Part shown: piece after piece, positions 29,566-39,393 of the stretch
Numbering within the stretch: position 1 is the first letter of the stretch
Layout: each line of letters begins with the position of its first letter
Origin: Ruminococcus sp.
GTDB taxonomy: Bacteria > Bacillota > Clostridia > Oscillospirales > Ruminococcaceae
Assembly: GCA_015066955.1 (NCBI GenBank)
Contig: SVNJ01000001.1
Span: 1 to 54,724 of the forward strand
Reading direction: 5' to 3'
Length of the DNA stretch: 54,724 nucleotides
Notes under the pieces: model-generated
What the model was told of the DNA's origin: nothing
The model's database searches: none
The model's input: the letters and a program-made list of their open reading frames with translations, nothing else
Position numbers and translations under genes: made by a program

Positions 29566-31557
29566 TTATTCTGCTTTGGCAGAGCGTTTTTTTGCTGTGG
29601 TTTTCTTAGCTGCCTGTTTCTTTTCAGCCGGTGCAGCGTCGGTTTTCTTCGGCTCACGTTTTTTAACAGGAGCATATTTGAGGTAGATAACCGAGAGGGG
29701 TGCAAGCGTCATTGAAATGCTGTCCTCAAAGCCATGCATTGCAAAGCGTGAGGTTTTGAAGGACTTCTCAGTAACTCCCGTACCGCCGAATTCAACTGCA
29801 TCGGAGTTGAATACAAGCTTGTATCTTCCCTTCTGAGGTACGCCTATTTTATAGTCATCCCTCTGAACAGGTACAAAGTTGCAGACAGCAATAATTTCAT
29901 CGCCGTTATCATCAAAGCGGCGGAATGCAATTACACTCTGCTTGTAGTCATCGTTTGAAATCCAGCTGAAGCCGCTCCATGAATCGTCAGTCTGCCACAG
30001 CGGAGAATTGTCCACATAGAATTTATTGAGCTTTTCAGAGAATCTGAGAAGCTTCTTGTGTGAATCAAATTCCATAAGATTCCAGTCAAGCTGAGTATGG
30101 TAGTCCCATTCCTTCATCTGTCCGAATTCCTGTCCCATGAAAAGAAGCTTCTTTCCGGGATGCGCCATCATATATGCAAGGAATGCACGGTACGAGCTGA
30201 ATTTCTGCTCATATTCGCCGGGCATTTTATTAATCATTGAGCATTTTCCGTGAACAACCTCATCGTGAGAAATAGGCAGAACATAATTCTCTGAGAAACA
30301 GTAGAAGAATGAGAATGTGAGCCTGTCATGGTTGAATGCACGATAAATCGGGTCGAGTGACATATAAGCAAGCATATCATTCATCCAGCCCATATTCCAC
30401 TTGAAGTTGAATCCGAGTCCGCCCATATCAGTAGGCTTTGTAACGAGAGGCCATGCAGTAGACTCTTCGGCAATCATAAGTGCGTCGGGATGCTTTGCAA
30501 ATACCGCTTCATTAAGCTGTTTTAAAAATGCAACAGCTTCAAGGTTTTCATTGCCTCCGTAGATATTCGCACACCATTCGCCGTCACGTCTGTCATAGTC
30601 AAGGTAAAGCATTGACGCAACAGCATCAACTCTCAGACCGTCAACATGAAATTCATCAAACCAGTAGCATGCACTTGAAATCAGGAATGAACAAACCTCA
30701 TTCTTGCCATAGTCAAATACTCGTGTTCCCCATGCCTTGTGCTCTCTTTTGCGTTCATCGGTATACTCGTAACAGCATGTACCGTCAAACTCATAAAGTC
30801 CTGCAGCGTCCTTCGGAAAATGTGCAGGTACCCAGTCAAGAATAACACCTATTCCTGCCTCATGGAACATTTCAACCATTTTCTTGAAATCATCGGGTGT
30901 ACCGTAACGTGAGGTCGGTGCAAAATAGCCTGTAACCTGATATCCCCATGAACCGTCAAAGGGATACTCGGTAAGCGGCATGAATTCAACATGAGTATAG
31001 GACATTTTTTTCAGATAAGGTATTATCTGCTTTGCAAATGATATATAATCAAGGAAAACGTTTTCATCGTAGGTTTTCCATGAACCGAGATGAACCTCGT
31101 ATACATTCATCGGACTTTTATAGATAGTTCTCTTATTCTTTTCCTCATACCACTTGCCATCAGACCATTCATAGCTGCTTTCGTATATCTTCGATGCAGT
31201 GCCGGGTCTTGTTTCAAAATGGCTTGCATAAGGGTCAGATTTAAGAATTACTCTTCCGTCCGCTGTCTCAATGCTGTATTTGTACACATCAAACTGCTTG
31301 AGACCTTTTATTTCCGTCTCCCATACTCCGTCTGAGATAAGCTTCATGGGATTCGCCTTTCTGTCCCATTTGTTGAAATCGCCTACAACAGAAACACTTA
31401 CCGCTCTGGGTGCCCAGACACGGAATACATAAACTTTTCCTCTTCCCTTTTTGTGGGCGTGCACTCCGAAAAATTTATATGCTTCATAATTTTTTCCCTG
31501 ATAGAATAAGTATAACGGGAATTCATTCAGATTTTCGTTATAATTATTAGGTGACAT
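29566..31557 (-). CDS. glgB: 1,4-alpha-glucan branching enzyme
   Basis: YEVHLGSW, SWGYQVTGY, DWVPAHF, RVDAVASM, AEEST and SHDEVVHGK motifs. Confidence 0.96.
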   Translation of the reverse strand: MSPNNYNENLNEFPLYLFYQGKNYEAYKFFGVHAHKKGRGKVYVFRVWAPRAVSVSVVGDFNKWDRKANPMKLISDGVWETEIKGLKQFDVYKYSIETADGRVILKSDPYASHFETRPGTASKIYESSYEWSDGKWYEEKNKRTIYKSPMNVYEVHLGSWKTYDENVFLDYISFAKQIIPYLKKMSYTHVEFMPLTEYPFDGSWGYQVTGYFAPTSRYGTPDDFKKMVEMFHEAGIGVILDWVPAHFPKDAAGLYEFDGTCCYEYTDERKREHKAWGTRVFDYGKNEVCSFLISSACYWFDEFHVDGLRVDAVASMLYLDYDRRDGEWCANIYGGNENLEAVAFLKQLNEAVFAKHPDALMIAEESTAWPLVTKPTDMGGLGFNFKWNMGWMNDMLAYMSLDPIYRAFNHDRLTFSFFYCFSENYVLPISHDEVVHGKCSMINKMPGEYEQKFSSYRAFLAYMMAHPGKKLLFMGQEFGQMKEWDYHTQLDWNLMEFDSHKKLLRFSEKLNKFYVDNSPLWQTDDSWSGFSWISNDDYKQSVIAFRRFDDNGDEIIAVCNFVPVQRDDYKIGVPQKGRYKLVFNSDAVEFGGTGVTEKSFKTSRFAMHGFEDSISMTLAPLSVIYLKYAPVKKREPKKTDAAPAEKKQAAKKTTAKKRSAKAE

Positions 31558-31630
31558 ATTTAACCCCCTTTGCCTCCGGATACAGCTGTACAGACGCACC
31601 TGTCTCGTCACCGGATGCTTTTTCTATTAC

Positions 31631-31659
31631 ATTTTATCAGAAAAAAGGAAATTATTCAA
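31631..31659 (-). promoter_or_regulatory. Sigma-A-type promoter of glgBCDA
   Basis: TTGAAT-17 bp-TAAAAT with TG extension. Confidence 0.55.
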
Positions 31660-31790
31660 GCATTTTCGGCCTCACGGTAAAATTTTCAGACGATATACTA
31701 ATTTTCAAGCAGCGTTTTAGTGCATTATGACAAATTACACCCCAATTGATTCAAGATTATTTCAGCTATTTACACACATTTCACACCGCA

Positions 31791-34040
31791 TTAAGTTAAA
31801 TCTTCGGATTTATAGACTTTTATGCCGATAACCGTCACGTCATCACTTCTCAGATTCGGATTGAACAGCTCCGCCTTTGCGCATATTTCATCAACTATCA
31901 TTTTTACGTCGTCATTCTGCAATAAAAGCTCCTTTATAAATTGATACTCACCCTCGCTTATTCCGTCGGAAAACATGATTATTATGTCGTTTTCCTCAAA
32001 ATCATAATTGCGGGCAAAGGTGTCTGCCTCTTCTACTATTCCTATAGGAAAGGTCGGTGTTGCTATCTTCATGACCTGCCCTCTGTGTCGGATAAGTGTC
32101 GCCGATGCGCCGGACTTGATAACCGTAAGTTCACAGGTGTCACGGTCTATTCTTACAGCATCAAGTGTAGCAAAAGCTTCATCAGCCGACTTTGCAAGCA
32201 TAATTGAATTTATCAGCTTTATCGCTGAATTGTACTGCACTCCGCTGCTTATAAGACGTCGGAACATGCTTACTACCATTCTTGATTCAAGGGCGGCACC
32301 TCGTCCTGTACCCATTCCGTCGGAAAGTATAACATAGCTCATCCCTGTACCGTCGGAAAAAACTGCTGTCGAATCGCCTGTTTCTGATGAATCCTCCGCA
32401 CATACCGATGCACCGTATATTTCAAGGGAATAATCGGGACGCTCAAACAGACGGATTCTTACTTCCTTACCCGAATTTACAGGCTCGGAATAATCAAGGT
32501 TTATCTTCAGCTCGTCCGCTATAAGGTCGCAGACACGCAGACAATTCTTCGGAGCGTCCGCATAGGCAAAATAAAGCTCTACCTGAAGCCTGTTGCGTGA
32601 ATTATAATATGCTATTACATTTTTTGCATTGTAGCTGTACTTTTTCAGTTTTTCCGCTATAGTACGGCTTATAGGTGCACTGCATCTTACGTCTGTACGC
32701 TCGCCTGCCGCCGCTATTATTTCCTCTGTTATCTTTATCTGCTCGAAAAGCAGCCGCTGACTTTCAGAGAATCTCAGTTCAAGAAGCTTTGCGGTCATCT
32801 TTTCTCTCGAAGTCTTTTCAAAAGCTTTTATAAGCTCATCCCTGTGAAGGCAGTCCTCAAGCTCATAGGGAAAATTATTCCTTGTAATCTCAGATAGTCC
32901 CGAAAGTCTCTGAAAGCCTCTTTCTGTTATCTCACGGCTGTTATACCAGCACGCAAGACGCTTATGACATGTACCGCACACCTCACTGCTGTTTATTCCG
33001 ATTTCATCGGGCTTCTCTGCATTTTTCGCAAGAACCTCAAATATTTTTCCCGATTCAGTGCGGATTGTTCTGATTGATGTTGCAAGAAAATTCATTCTTG
33101 AACCGATTATTCCCGTAAGTGCGTCACCTTCTCCGATGCCCGTCATAACAAGCTTGTCCGAAAAATAAGGGGAAACAAAAATAAACACCGCAGTACCGAT
33201 AATAATGTTGAGCATTCTTGAAATACTCTCTGTACCGACTCCCGTAAACACTGTAATCACAAAGCTCATTGCAACAAAACAGCCAGCCGCAATTCCAGCC
33301 TTCTGCTTATGCAGATAACCTGTAAGAAAGCCAGCCGCAGGAAGAAGCATTGTTTCAAGTCCCGTTACCGATGAACAGAGATACGCTCCGCAGGCTGTAA
33401 GTGCACCGCAGAGTATTCCTCCTGTATATCTGTAATGATATGCCGCTGTTACCGTAACGGCTGTGCCGACAATTATTCCTGTATTCACAAAGGGAATATC
33501 AATTGAACATAATGATGCAGTGAATATGGTATAAACTACCGCATAGGCACAGCTTACAGGTGCTGAAAGGTCAAGCACAAGCTGATTTCTGAGGCTTTCC
33601 ATTATCAGCGCAAGGGAATAAGCCGTAAAGCCTGCAACCGCACCGTAAAAAGCGTAAAAAACAAGCTTATATATAATCTCATGAAGAATTGCCGAAACCG
33701 CAGTTCCTGAAACAAAAACAGCCGCCGCAGTTATTATTCCGCAGTATTTCGGAGAAGTCTTTGATTCAAAAAAAAGCTTGAAAATAACACATATCACCAT
33801 TGCGGAAAGCTGTATCATATTCTTTGCAATACTCTCCGAAGTCATGTATCTGATTATACTGCCTGTAAGTACCGCCGCAGCGTATGGCAGACCTGCCGCA
33901 CCTGTCAGCGAAATATTTGTAAAGGATGCCGCACCGGCAAATTTCGTTTCCGCAAGAAGAAAACCTCCTATAAGCGAAGCTGCAAAGCCTGCCGCCTGCA
34001 TTCCAGCACCTGTTTTTTCAGCCGTCCTCATTTTCAACAT
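31791..34040 (-). CDS. spoIIE: Stage II sporulation protein E (membrane PP2C phosphatase)
   Basis: Multi-TM N-terminus, CGTC...CW central motif, PP2C motifs GDS, LSDGMGTG, FATLD, FSDG and DDVTV. Confidence 0.9.
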   Translation of the reverse strand: MLKMRTAEKTGAGMQAAGFAASLIGGFLLAETKFAGAASFTNISLTGAAGLPYAAAVLTGSIIRYMTSESIAKNMIQLSAMVICVIFKLFFESKTSPKYCGIITAAAVFVSGTAVSAILHEIIYKLVFYAFYGAVAGFTAYSLALIMESLRNQLVLDLSAPVSCAYAVVYTIFTASLCSIDIPFVNTGIIVGTAVTVTAAYHYRYTGGILCGALTACGAYLCSSVTGLETMLLPAAGFLTGYLHKQKAGIAAGCFVAMSFVITVFTGVGTESISRMLNIIIGTAVFIFVSPYFSDKLVMTGIGEGDALTGIIGSRMNFLATSIRTIRTESGKIFEVLAKNAEKPDEIGINSSEVCGTCHKRLACWYNSREITERGFQRLSGLSEITRNNFPYELEDCLHRDELIKAFEKTSREKMTAKLLELRFSESQRLLFEQIKITEEIIAAAGERTDVRCSAPISRTIAEKLKKYSYNAKNVIAYYNSRNRLQVELYFAYADAPKNCLRVCDLIADELKINLDYSEPVNSGKEVRIRLFERPDYSLEIYGASVCAEDSSETGDSTAVFSDGTGMSYVILSDGMGTGRGAALESRMVVSMFRRLISSGVQYNSAIKLINSIMLAKSADEAFATLDAVRIDRDTCELTVIKSGASATLIRHRGQVMKIATPTFPIGIVEEADTFARNYDFEENDIIIMFSDGISEGEYQFIKELLLQNDDVKMIVDEICAKAELFNPNLRSDDVTVIGIKVYKSEDLT

Positions 34041-34079
34041 TTTTATCACCCTTTATAGCGTTAATTATTAATAAATACA

Positions 34080-34145
34080 ATTATACTTATGCAAAAACAG
34101 ATATAGTGTCGTATTGTGAATTGCAGATTACAACTTTTTGTCGTT
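34080..34145 (-). promoter_or_regulatory. Putative Spo0A-activated spoIIE promoter
   Basis: TATAAT at 34080-34085, 21 bp from a 0A-box-like TACGACA (34107-34113); a second box-like AACGACA at 34139-34145. Confidence 0.6.
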
Positions 34146-34171
34146 TATTCCGATATATACAGATACCGTAC

Positions 34172-34200
34172 TTTACACACCGTGAATTTTATGTTATAAT
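34172..34200 (+). promoter_or_regulatory. Sigma-A-type promoter for the flavoprotein-rsmA operon
   Basis: TTTACA-17 bp-TATAAT with TG extension. Confidence 0.65.
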
Positions 34201-34236
34201 GTATATAAGTAAAATGAATAAGTTCGGGGTGAAAAT

Positions 34237-35484
34237 GTGGAAGCAAAAGCTAAATGCGATATAGCCATTATCGGCGGCGGTGCATCGGGACTTGCGGCGG
34301 CAACAGGTGCACTTCAAGCCTGTTCCTGCAGTGTTGTAATAGCAGAACGTCTTGAAAAAACGGGAAGAAAAATCCTTGCAACAGGCAATGGCAGATGCAA
34401 TCTCGGAAACAGAAATATCTCGAAAGATTATTATCACGGCTCAGTGAAAAATATTATGGGTATTATAAAAAATTCCCCCTCACCCGAAGAGCTTTTTTCG
34501 GATATGGGTATACTCTGTACTTCAGACGAACAGGGCAGAATATACCCTCACAGCAATTCTGCGGCTTCCGTTCTCGGTGCGCTGAGAATTCAATGTGATA
34601 TGCTCGGTGCAAAGGAAATCTGCGGCTTTAATACAGTAAAAATTCAGCCACTGAAAAATGGCTTTCTGCTTCACTCGGAAAACGGAGATACCATACAGTG
34701 CAGACGTCTTATTATTGCCGCCGGAGGCTATGCGGCACCTGCTTTCGGTACTGACGGAAGCCTTATTAAGCTTCTTCGGGATACAGGCTACAAAACTGCT
34801 AAAATCTGTCCCGGAATCGCTCCATTGAGAGTTTCTCCCGAAAGCGTGAAGGGGCTTAAAGGTGTACGTGCAAAAGGTATTGTTTCAGCAATAGCAGACG
34901 GCAAAATCCTGAAAACTCAGCAGGGTGAAATACAGTTTACGGAAAATTCTCTTTCGGGAATATGCGTTTTCAACCTTGCACATCTGTTTTCCGAATATGA
35001 AGGCAAGCTAATTATCCGTGCAGATCTTCTTCCCGAAATGAAGAGAGATAAGCTTGAAGAATACCTGTATATGGTTCAGTCTATAAGGTATGATTGTACG
35101 CTTGAAGAATTCCTTACAGGTATTTTTACTAAGAATCTTGCACTATATCTTATGAAAAATTCGCTCGGCCGTCCTCTTACGGATTTGATTTCATCTCTCA
35201 CATATCCCGAAATTCAGCGTATTGCCGCAAAAATCAAGTGCCTTGAATTCAAAGTAACAGGCTGTTCTTCATGGCAGAATGCACAGGTTACATGCGGAGG
35301 AATTCACGGAAGCTGTGTTGATGAAAAATTACATTCCAAACTGCACAAAGGTATATATTTCTGCGGAGAAATTCTCGATGCCGACGGCGACTGCGGAGGC
35401 TATAACCTGCAATGGGCATGGGCTTCGGGACTTCATGCCGGAAGAAATTGTGCACTTTCACTTGAATCGGAGGAACACAAATGA
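34237..35484 (+). CDS. HI0933/BaiN-family NAD(P)/FAD-dependent oxidoreductase
   Basis: IIGGGASG, GRKILATGNGRCN and GEILDADGDCGGYNLQWAWASG motifs. Confidence 0.9.
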   Translation: MEAKAKCDIAIIGGGASGLAAATGALQACSCSVVIAERLEKTGRKILATGNGRCNLGNRNISKDYYHGSVKNIMGIIKNSPSPEELFSDMGILCTSDEQGRIYPHSNSAASVLGALRIQCDMLGAKEICGFNTVKIQPLKNGFLLHSENGDTIQCRRLIIAAGGYAAPAFGTDGSLIKLLRDTGYKTAKICPGIAPLRVSPESVKGLKGVRAKGIVSAIADGKILKTQQGEIQFTENSLSGICVFNLAHLFSEYEGKLIIRADLLPEMKRDKLEEYLYMVQSIRYDCTLEEFLTGIFTKNLALYLMKNSLGRPLTDLISSLTYPEIQRIAAKIKCLEFKVTGCSSWQNAQVTCGGIHGSCVDEKLHSKLHKGIYFCGEILDADGDCGGYNLQWAWASGLHAGRNCALSLESEEHK

Positions 35485-37073
35485 TCAGAATTAATAATAT
35501 TAAGGTTCCGCTGAGCTTTGATTTCGGTCAGCTTCATGAGTTTTGTATTCAGAAGCTTGGAATTGAAAAAAAGCAAATCAGAAGTGTACGCCTTGCTAAA
35601 AAATCTGTGGACGCGCGAAAAAAATCTGACGTTCACTTCACTATTTCCCTTGATATTGTAGCAGAAAACGAATCAAAGCTTCTGAAACGAATCAAGGGTG
35701 CGGTAAAACAGGAAAAGTACTCCTACAAAGTCGTAAAGCTTACCGCCGAACCCGAAAAGCGTCCTGTTATTGTAGGTTTTGGTCCTGCGGGAATGTTTGC
35801 GGCACTCGTTCTTGCTGAAGCAGGTGCAAAGCCTGTAGTCCTTGAAAGAGGCGGCGATGTGGACTCACGTTCCGAAGCTGTTGAGCTTTTCAGGCAAAAG
35901 GGTATCCTTGATACGGAAAACAATGTGCAGTTCGGCGAGGGCGGTGCAGGTACCTTCTCAGACGGAAAGCTTACAACAGGTATCAGGGACGTGCGTTTAG
36001 GCTATGTTTTTGAGCGTCTTGTTGAGTTCGGTGCACCTGATGAAATACTATACCTTGCTAAACCGCATATCGGTACGGACAAGCTTAAAATTACAGTTAA
36101 AAATCTGCGTGAATACGTCCAATCACTTGGTGGTAATATTATTTTCAACGCAAAATTCTGCGGATATGAAACGATTATTGACAATATTTCCTCTGTTAAG
36201 TACATTAAAAACGGAACGGAATATTCTCTTTCAACGGATAATCTTATTCTTGCGACAGGTCACAGTGCAAGAGACGTTTTTGAAATGCTGCACAGAAAAA
36301 ACGTAAGTCTTTCACAGAAGAATTTCTCAGTCGGAGTACGCATAGAACACCTGAGAACAGATATAGATAAGGCTATGTACGGAGATTTTGCAGGTCACAG
36401 TGCACTGAAAGCCGCTGACTATAAGCTTGCGGTACATCTCCCTGACGGACGCACTCTTTACACCTTCTGTATGTGTCCCGGCGGCTATGTTATGGCGGCT
36501 TCCTCAGAGGAAAACAGACTTGCGGTTAATGGTATGAGCTGTTTTGCCCGTGATGCCGAAAACTCAAACAGTGCTCTGCTTGTAGGTGTAGGAAGCGACG
36601 ATTACGGCAGTGAACACCCGCTTGCAGGTATGTATTTTCAGCGTGATCTTGAGGAAAAGGCGTTTATTGCAGGCGGAAGCGATTACCGTGCACCTGCTGT
36701 TACTGTCGGAGAATTTCTCGGTAAAACTGCTTGCGGCGATTTCGGCAAGGTAACACCTTCCTATATGCCCGGAGTAAAGCACTGCTCACCCGATGAATAT
36801 CTGCCTGATTTTGTATGTGAAAGCCTGAGACTCGGATTAATGGAAATGGGTAAAAAAATTCACGGCTTTGATGATAACGATGCCGTACTTACAGGTATTG
36901 AAAGCCGAAGCTCGTCACCTGTACGTATAAATCGTAACGAAGATTTACAGTCCCTATCAGTCAGAGGACTTTTCCCGTGCGGTGAAGGTGCAGGCTATGC
37001 AGGCGGTATTGTATCAGCGGCTGTTGACGGTATAAAATGTGCGGAGGCAGTAATTGCCAAACTAAGAGGTTAG
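35481..37073 (+). CDS. Uncharacterised FAD-dependent oxidoreductase
   Basis: VGFGPAG, FGEGGAGTFSDGKL, FCMCPGG and GEGAGYAGGIVSAAVDG motifs. Confidence 0.88.
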   Translation: MIRINNIKVPLSFDFGQLHEFCIQKLGIEKKQIRSVRLAKKSVDARKKSDVHFTISLDIVAENESKLLKRIKGAVKQEKYSYKVVKLTAEPEKRPVIVGFGPAGMFAALVLAEAGAKPVVLERGGDVDSRSEAVELFRQKGILDTENNVQFGEGGAGTFSDGKLTTGIRDVRLGYVFERLVEFGAPDEILYLAKPHIGTDKLKITVKNLREYVQSLGGNIIFNAKFCGYETIIDNISSVKYIKNGTEYSLSTDNLILATGHSARDVFEMLHRKNVSLSQKNFSVGVRIEHLRTDIDKAMYGDFAGHSALKAADYKLAVHLPDGRTLYTFCMCPGGYVMAASSEENRLAVNGMSCFARDAENSNSALLVGVGSDDYGSEHPLAGMYFQRDLEEKAFIAGGSDYRAPAVTVGEFLGKTACGDFGKVTPSYMPGVKHCSPDEYLPDFVCESLRLGLMEMGKKIHGFDDNDAVLTGIESRSSSPVRINRNEDLQSLSVRGLFPCGEGAGYAGGIVSAAVDGIKCAEAVIAKLRG

Positions 37074-37077
37074 TATT

Positions 37078-38208
37078 ATGAAAATCATTTATATTTCGGA
37101 AAACAAAATCTATAAGTGCGAGAACGGGAAAATTGCGGAGCTTCCGAGCGAAAGGGTTCTTCATTACACCGGTACCATCGCACAGATCAATAAAAACAAA
37201 GAGTGGAAAAACAGCGGTACGGGTGCTGAATTTATGGGAGCTGCCGTACATCCCGGATCTGAGGAAAATGCATACGTCAATATTAACGGAGTTGCGGCAG
37301 GTGGACTGGGTATTGTGTATTCGATGAGACTCGGAGATATGGGCGGTATCTACAGCAAAAGCATTGATAACCCGAATGAAGCTGAGGCACACATATTCAC
37401 AGGCATGAATACAAATATCAGCACGATTTCGATAAAAAACGATAGAATAGCTACAAGCATCGATGGTCATCTTGCAGTTTCGGATTTTAAAGGCAATCTC
37501 GATGAAATCACTGACGGCGATTCCCGTGAGGAGGACCCAAGCTGGTCTTTAACCGATAACAGAATATTTTGTACTACAGCAGGACTTGCGCGTGACAGCA
37601 GAGGAATCATTGCCGCAGTCAGTCCGCGTTCAATAATGGCTGTTGACCTTGACGGCGGCTCTATCAAAGAGCTTTATTCAGACGAAGATTATGACTTCCT
37701 TAAGCCGAAAAACAACTCTCACGGAAACTTATATTACATAAAGCAGCCATATAAAGCACCTCAGGAGAAGGATCCGCTTTGGAAGGATATTCTGCTGTTT
37801 CCCTTCAGAATTCTCAAGGCAATCGGCGGCTTTCTCAACGCTTTCAGTGTAATTTTCGGCGGAGAATCTCTGCAAAGCGGCAAGAAGCATGGTGACGTCA
37901 AGACAAAGCAGAAGTCCGATAAGGAGCTTTACTTAGAAGGCAAACTTCTCGAGGCTGAGAAAAATGAAAAGGAAAATTCCGCAAAAGGAGATAAAAATCC
38001 CGGAATTCTGCCCGTAAACCGAGTTCTTGTGCGTACAGAAGCTGACGGGAAAGAAACCGTTATCAAACGTGGTGTGCTTGATTATACTGTCCTTGACAAT
38101 GGAGATATTATCTGCTCCAACGGAAAAGCGCTTATTCGCATCGGCGAAGGCGGGGAAGAAATTATCGCCAAAGCTAAGCTTGCACACAGTATCTGCGTAA
38201 TTAAATAA
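37078..38208 (+). CDS. Hypothetical protein, possible beta-propeller with an internal hydrophobic segment
   Basis: Long ORF with coupled spacing; TolB-like ITDGDSREEDPSWS; hydrophobic DILLFPFRILKAIGGFLNAFSVIFGG. Confidence 0.7.
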   Translation: MKIIYISENKIYKCENGKIAELPSERVLHYTGTIAQINKNKEWKNSGTGAEFMGAAVHPGSEENAYVNINGVAAGGLGIVYSMRLGDMGGIYSKSIDNPNEAEAHIFTGMNTNISTISIKNDRIATSIDGHLAVSDFKGNLDEITDGDSREEDPSWSLTDNRIFCTTAGLARDSRGIIAAVSPRSIMAVDLDGGSIKELYSDEDYDFLKPKNNSHGNLYYIKQPYKAPQEKDPLWKDILLFPFRILKAIGGFLNAFSVIFGGESLQSGKKHGDVKTKQKSDKELYLEGKLLEAEKNEKENSAKGDKNPGILPVNRVLVRTEADGKETVIKRGVLDYTVLDNGDIICSNGKALIRIGEGGEEIIAKAKLAHSICVIK

Positions 38209-38219
38209 GGAGTTTGCAT

Positions 38220-38483
38220 ATGAAAATCAATGTAATAAACGGTGAGCTTGATGTTCACGAAATCGATGAGTATGTAAAATACGGAAGCAGAAAATATAAA
38301 GGCAGACAGATTTCTCAGCTTGATATTACTCTTGACGGTGAATTTGTAGACCTTAAATTCTATTTCAAAGACACTGATTTTCAGCATGCTTACCGCTCTG
38401 CTGATTATCTTGTAAATACTATGGAAAAGCTCAATGACGCAAAACAGGCTGAGTTTTCTCAGAAACAGCGTCATAAGGCGTAA
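38220..38483 (+). CDS. Small protein resembling the NrdD C-terminal glycyl-radical segment, degenerate
   Basis: TAAGGAG RBS; the C-terminal YRSADYLVNTMEKLNDAKQAE...RH parallels the recalled NrdD tail RRITGYLVGTLDRFNxAKxAE...RVKH. Confidence 0.6.
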   Translation: MKINVINGELDVHEIDEYVKYGSRKYKGRQISQLDITLDGEFVDLKFYFKDTDFQHAYRSADYLVNTMEKLNDAKQAEFSQKQRHKA

Positions 38484-38492
38484 AGGCGGTGT

Positions 38493-39350
38493 ATGATGAA
38501 TCTTACTAACATAGGAACTGTAAAGGATATACTTTCTCGTCACGGTTTCAGCTTCTCTAAGGGACTGGGACAGAACTTTATTATTAATCCCGATATCTGC
38601 CCGAGAATTGCTGAAAACGGCAACGCAAAGGAGGGCTACGGCGTACTCGAAATCGGTACGGGAATCGGCGTACTTACAGCTGAGCTTGCTAAACGTGCAG
38701 ATAAAGTTGCAGCTGTCGAAATTGACACAAGACTGCTTCCCATACTTGACGAAACTCTTGAAGAATTCGACAACGTGAAAATATTCAATGAGGACGTTAT
38801 GAAGTGCGACCTGAATAAAATAATCAAAGAAGAATTCAACGGACTCAGGGCGGCTGTTTGTGCAAATCTCCCCTACTACATCACCTCACCTGTTATTATG
38901 CTCCTTCTTGAAAGCAGACTCCCCATAGACTCAATTACCGTTATGGTACAGAAAGAAGCCGCTCAGCGTCTTTGCGCAAAGGTAGGTTCAAGAGAATCGG
39001 GAGCTATTACCGTTGGTATTAATTATTACGGAACAGTGAAAAGTCTCTTCAATGTTTCAAGGGGAAGCTTTATGCCTGCGCCTAATGTTGATTCCGCAGT
39101 TATACGTATTGATATAAATCATGACAGACTGCTTGATGAAGAAGAGGAAAAATTCTTCTTCAAAATGGTGAAATACGGTTTTTCTCAACGTAGAAAAACT
39201 ATTGCCAATGCACTTTCCTCACAGCTCGGTCTCAAAAAGGATGATATATATTCAGCTCTGACCTCCTGCGGACTCCCCGAAGCCGCACGCATCGAGCAGC
39301 TTGATATGCAGCAGCTTATTTCACTTTCACGTATGCTTATGAACAGATAA
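38493..39350 (+). CDS. rsmA: 16S rRNA m6,2A1518/1519 dimethyltransferase
   Basis: KGLGQNF, LEIGTGIG, ANLPYYITSP, PAPNVDSAV and FSQRRKT motifs. Confidence 0.97.
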   Translation: MMNLTNIGTVKDILSRHGFSFSKGLGQNFIINPDICPRIAENGNAKEGYGVLEIGTGIGVLTAELAKRADKVAAVEIDTRLLPILDETLEEFDNVKIFNEDVMKCDLNKIIKEEFNGLRAAVCANLPYYITSPVIMLLLESRLPIDSITVMVQKEAAQRLCAKVGSRESGAITVGINYYGTVKSLFNVSRGSFMPAPNVDSAVIRIDINHDRLLDEEEEKFFFKMVKYGFSQRRKTIANALSSQLGLKKDDIYSALTSCGLPEAARIEQLDMQQLISLSRMLMNR

Positions 39351-39355
39351 TATTT

Positions 39356-39384
39356 AAGGCTCACCTTTTGGGTGAGCCTTTTCT
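39356..39384. terminator. Intrinsic terminator between convergent genes
   Basis: AAGGCTCACC-5 nt-GGTGAGCCTT plus T run. Confidence 0.85.
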
Positions 39385-39393
39385 ATATCTTAT

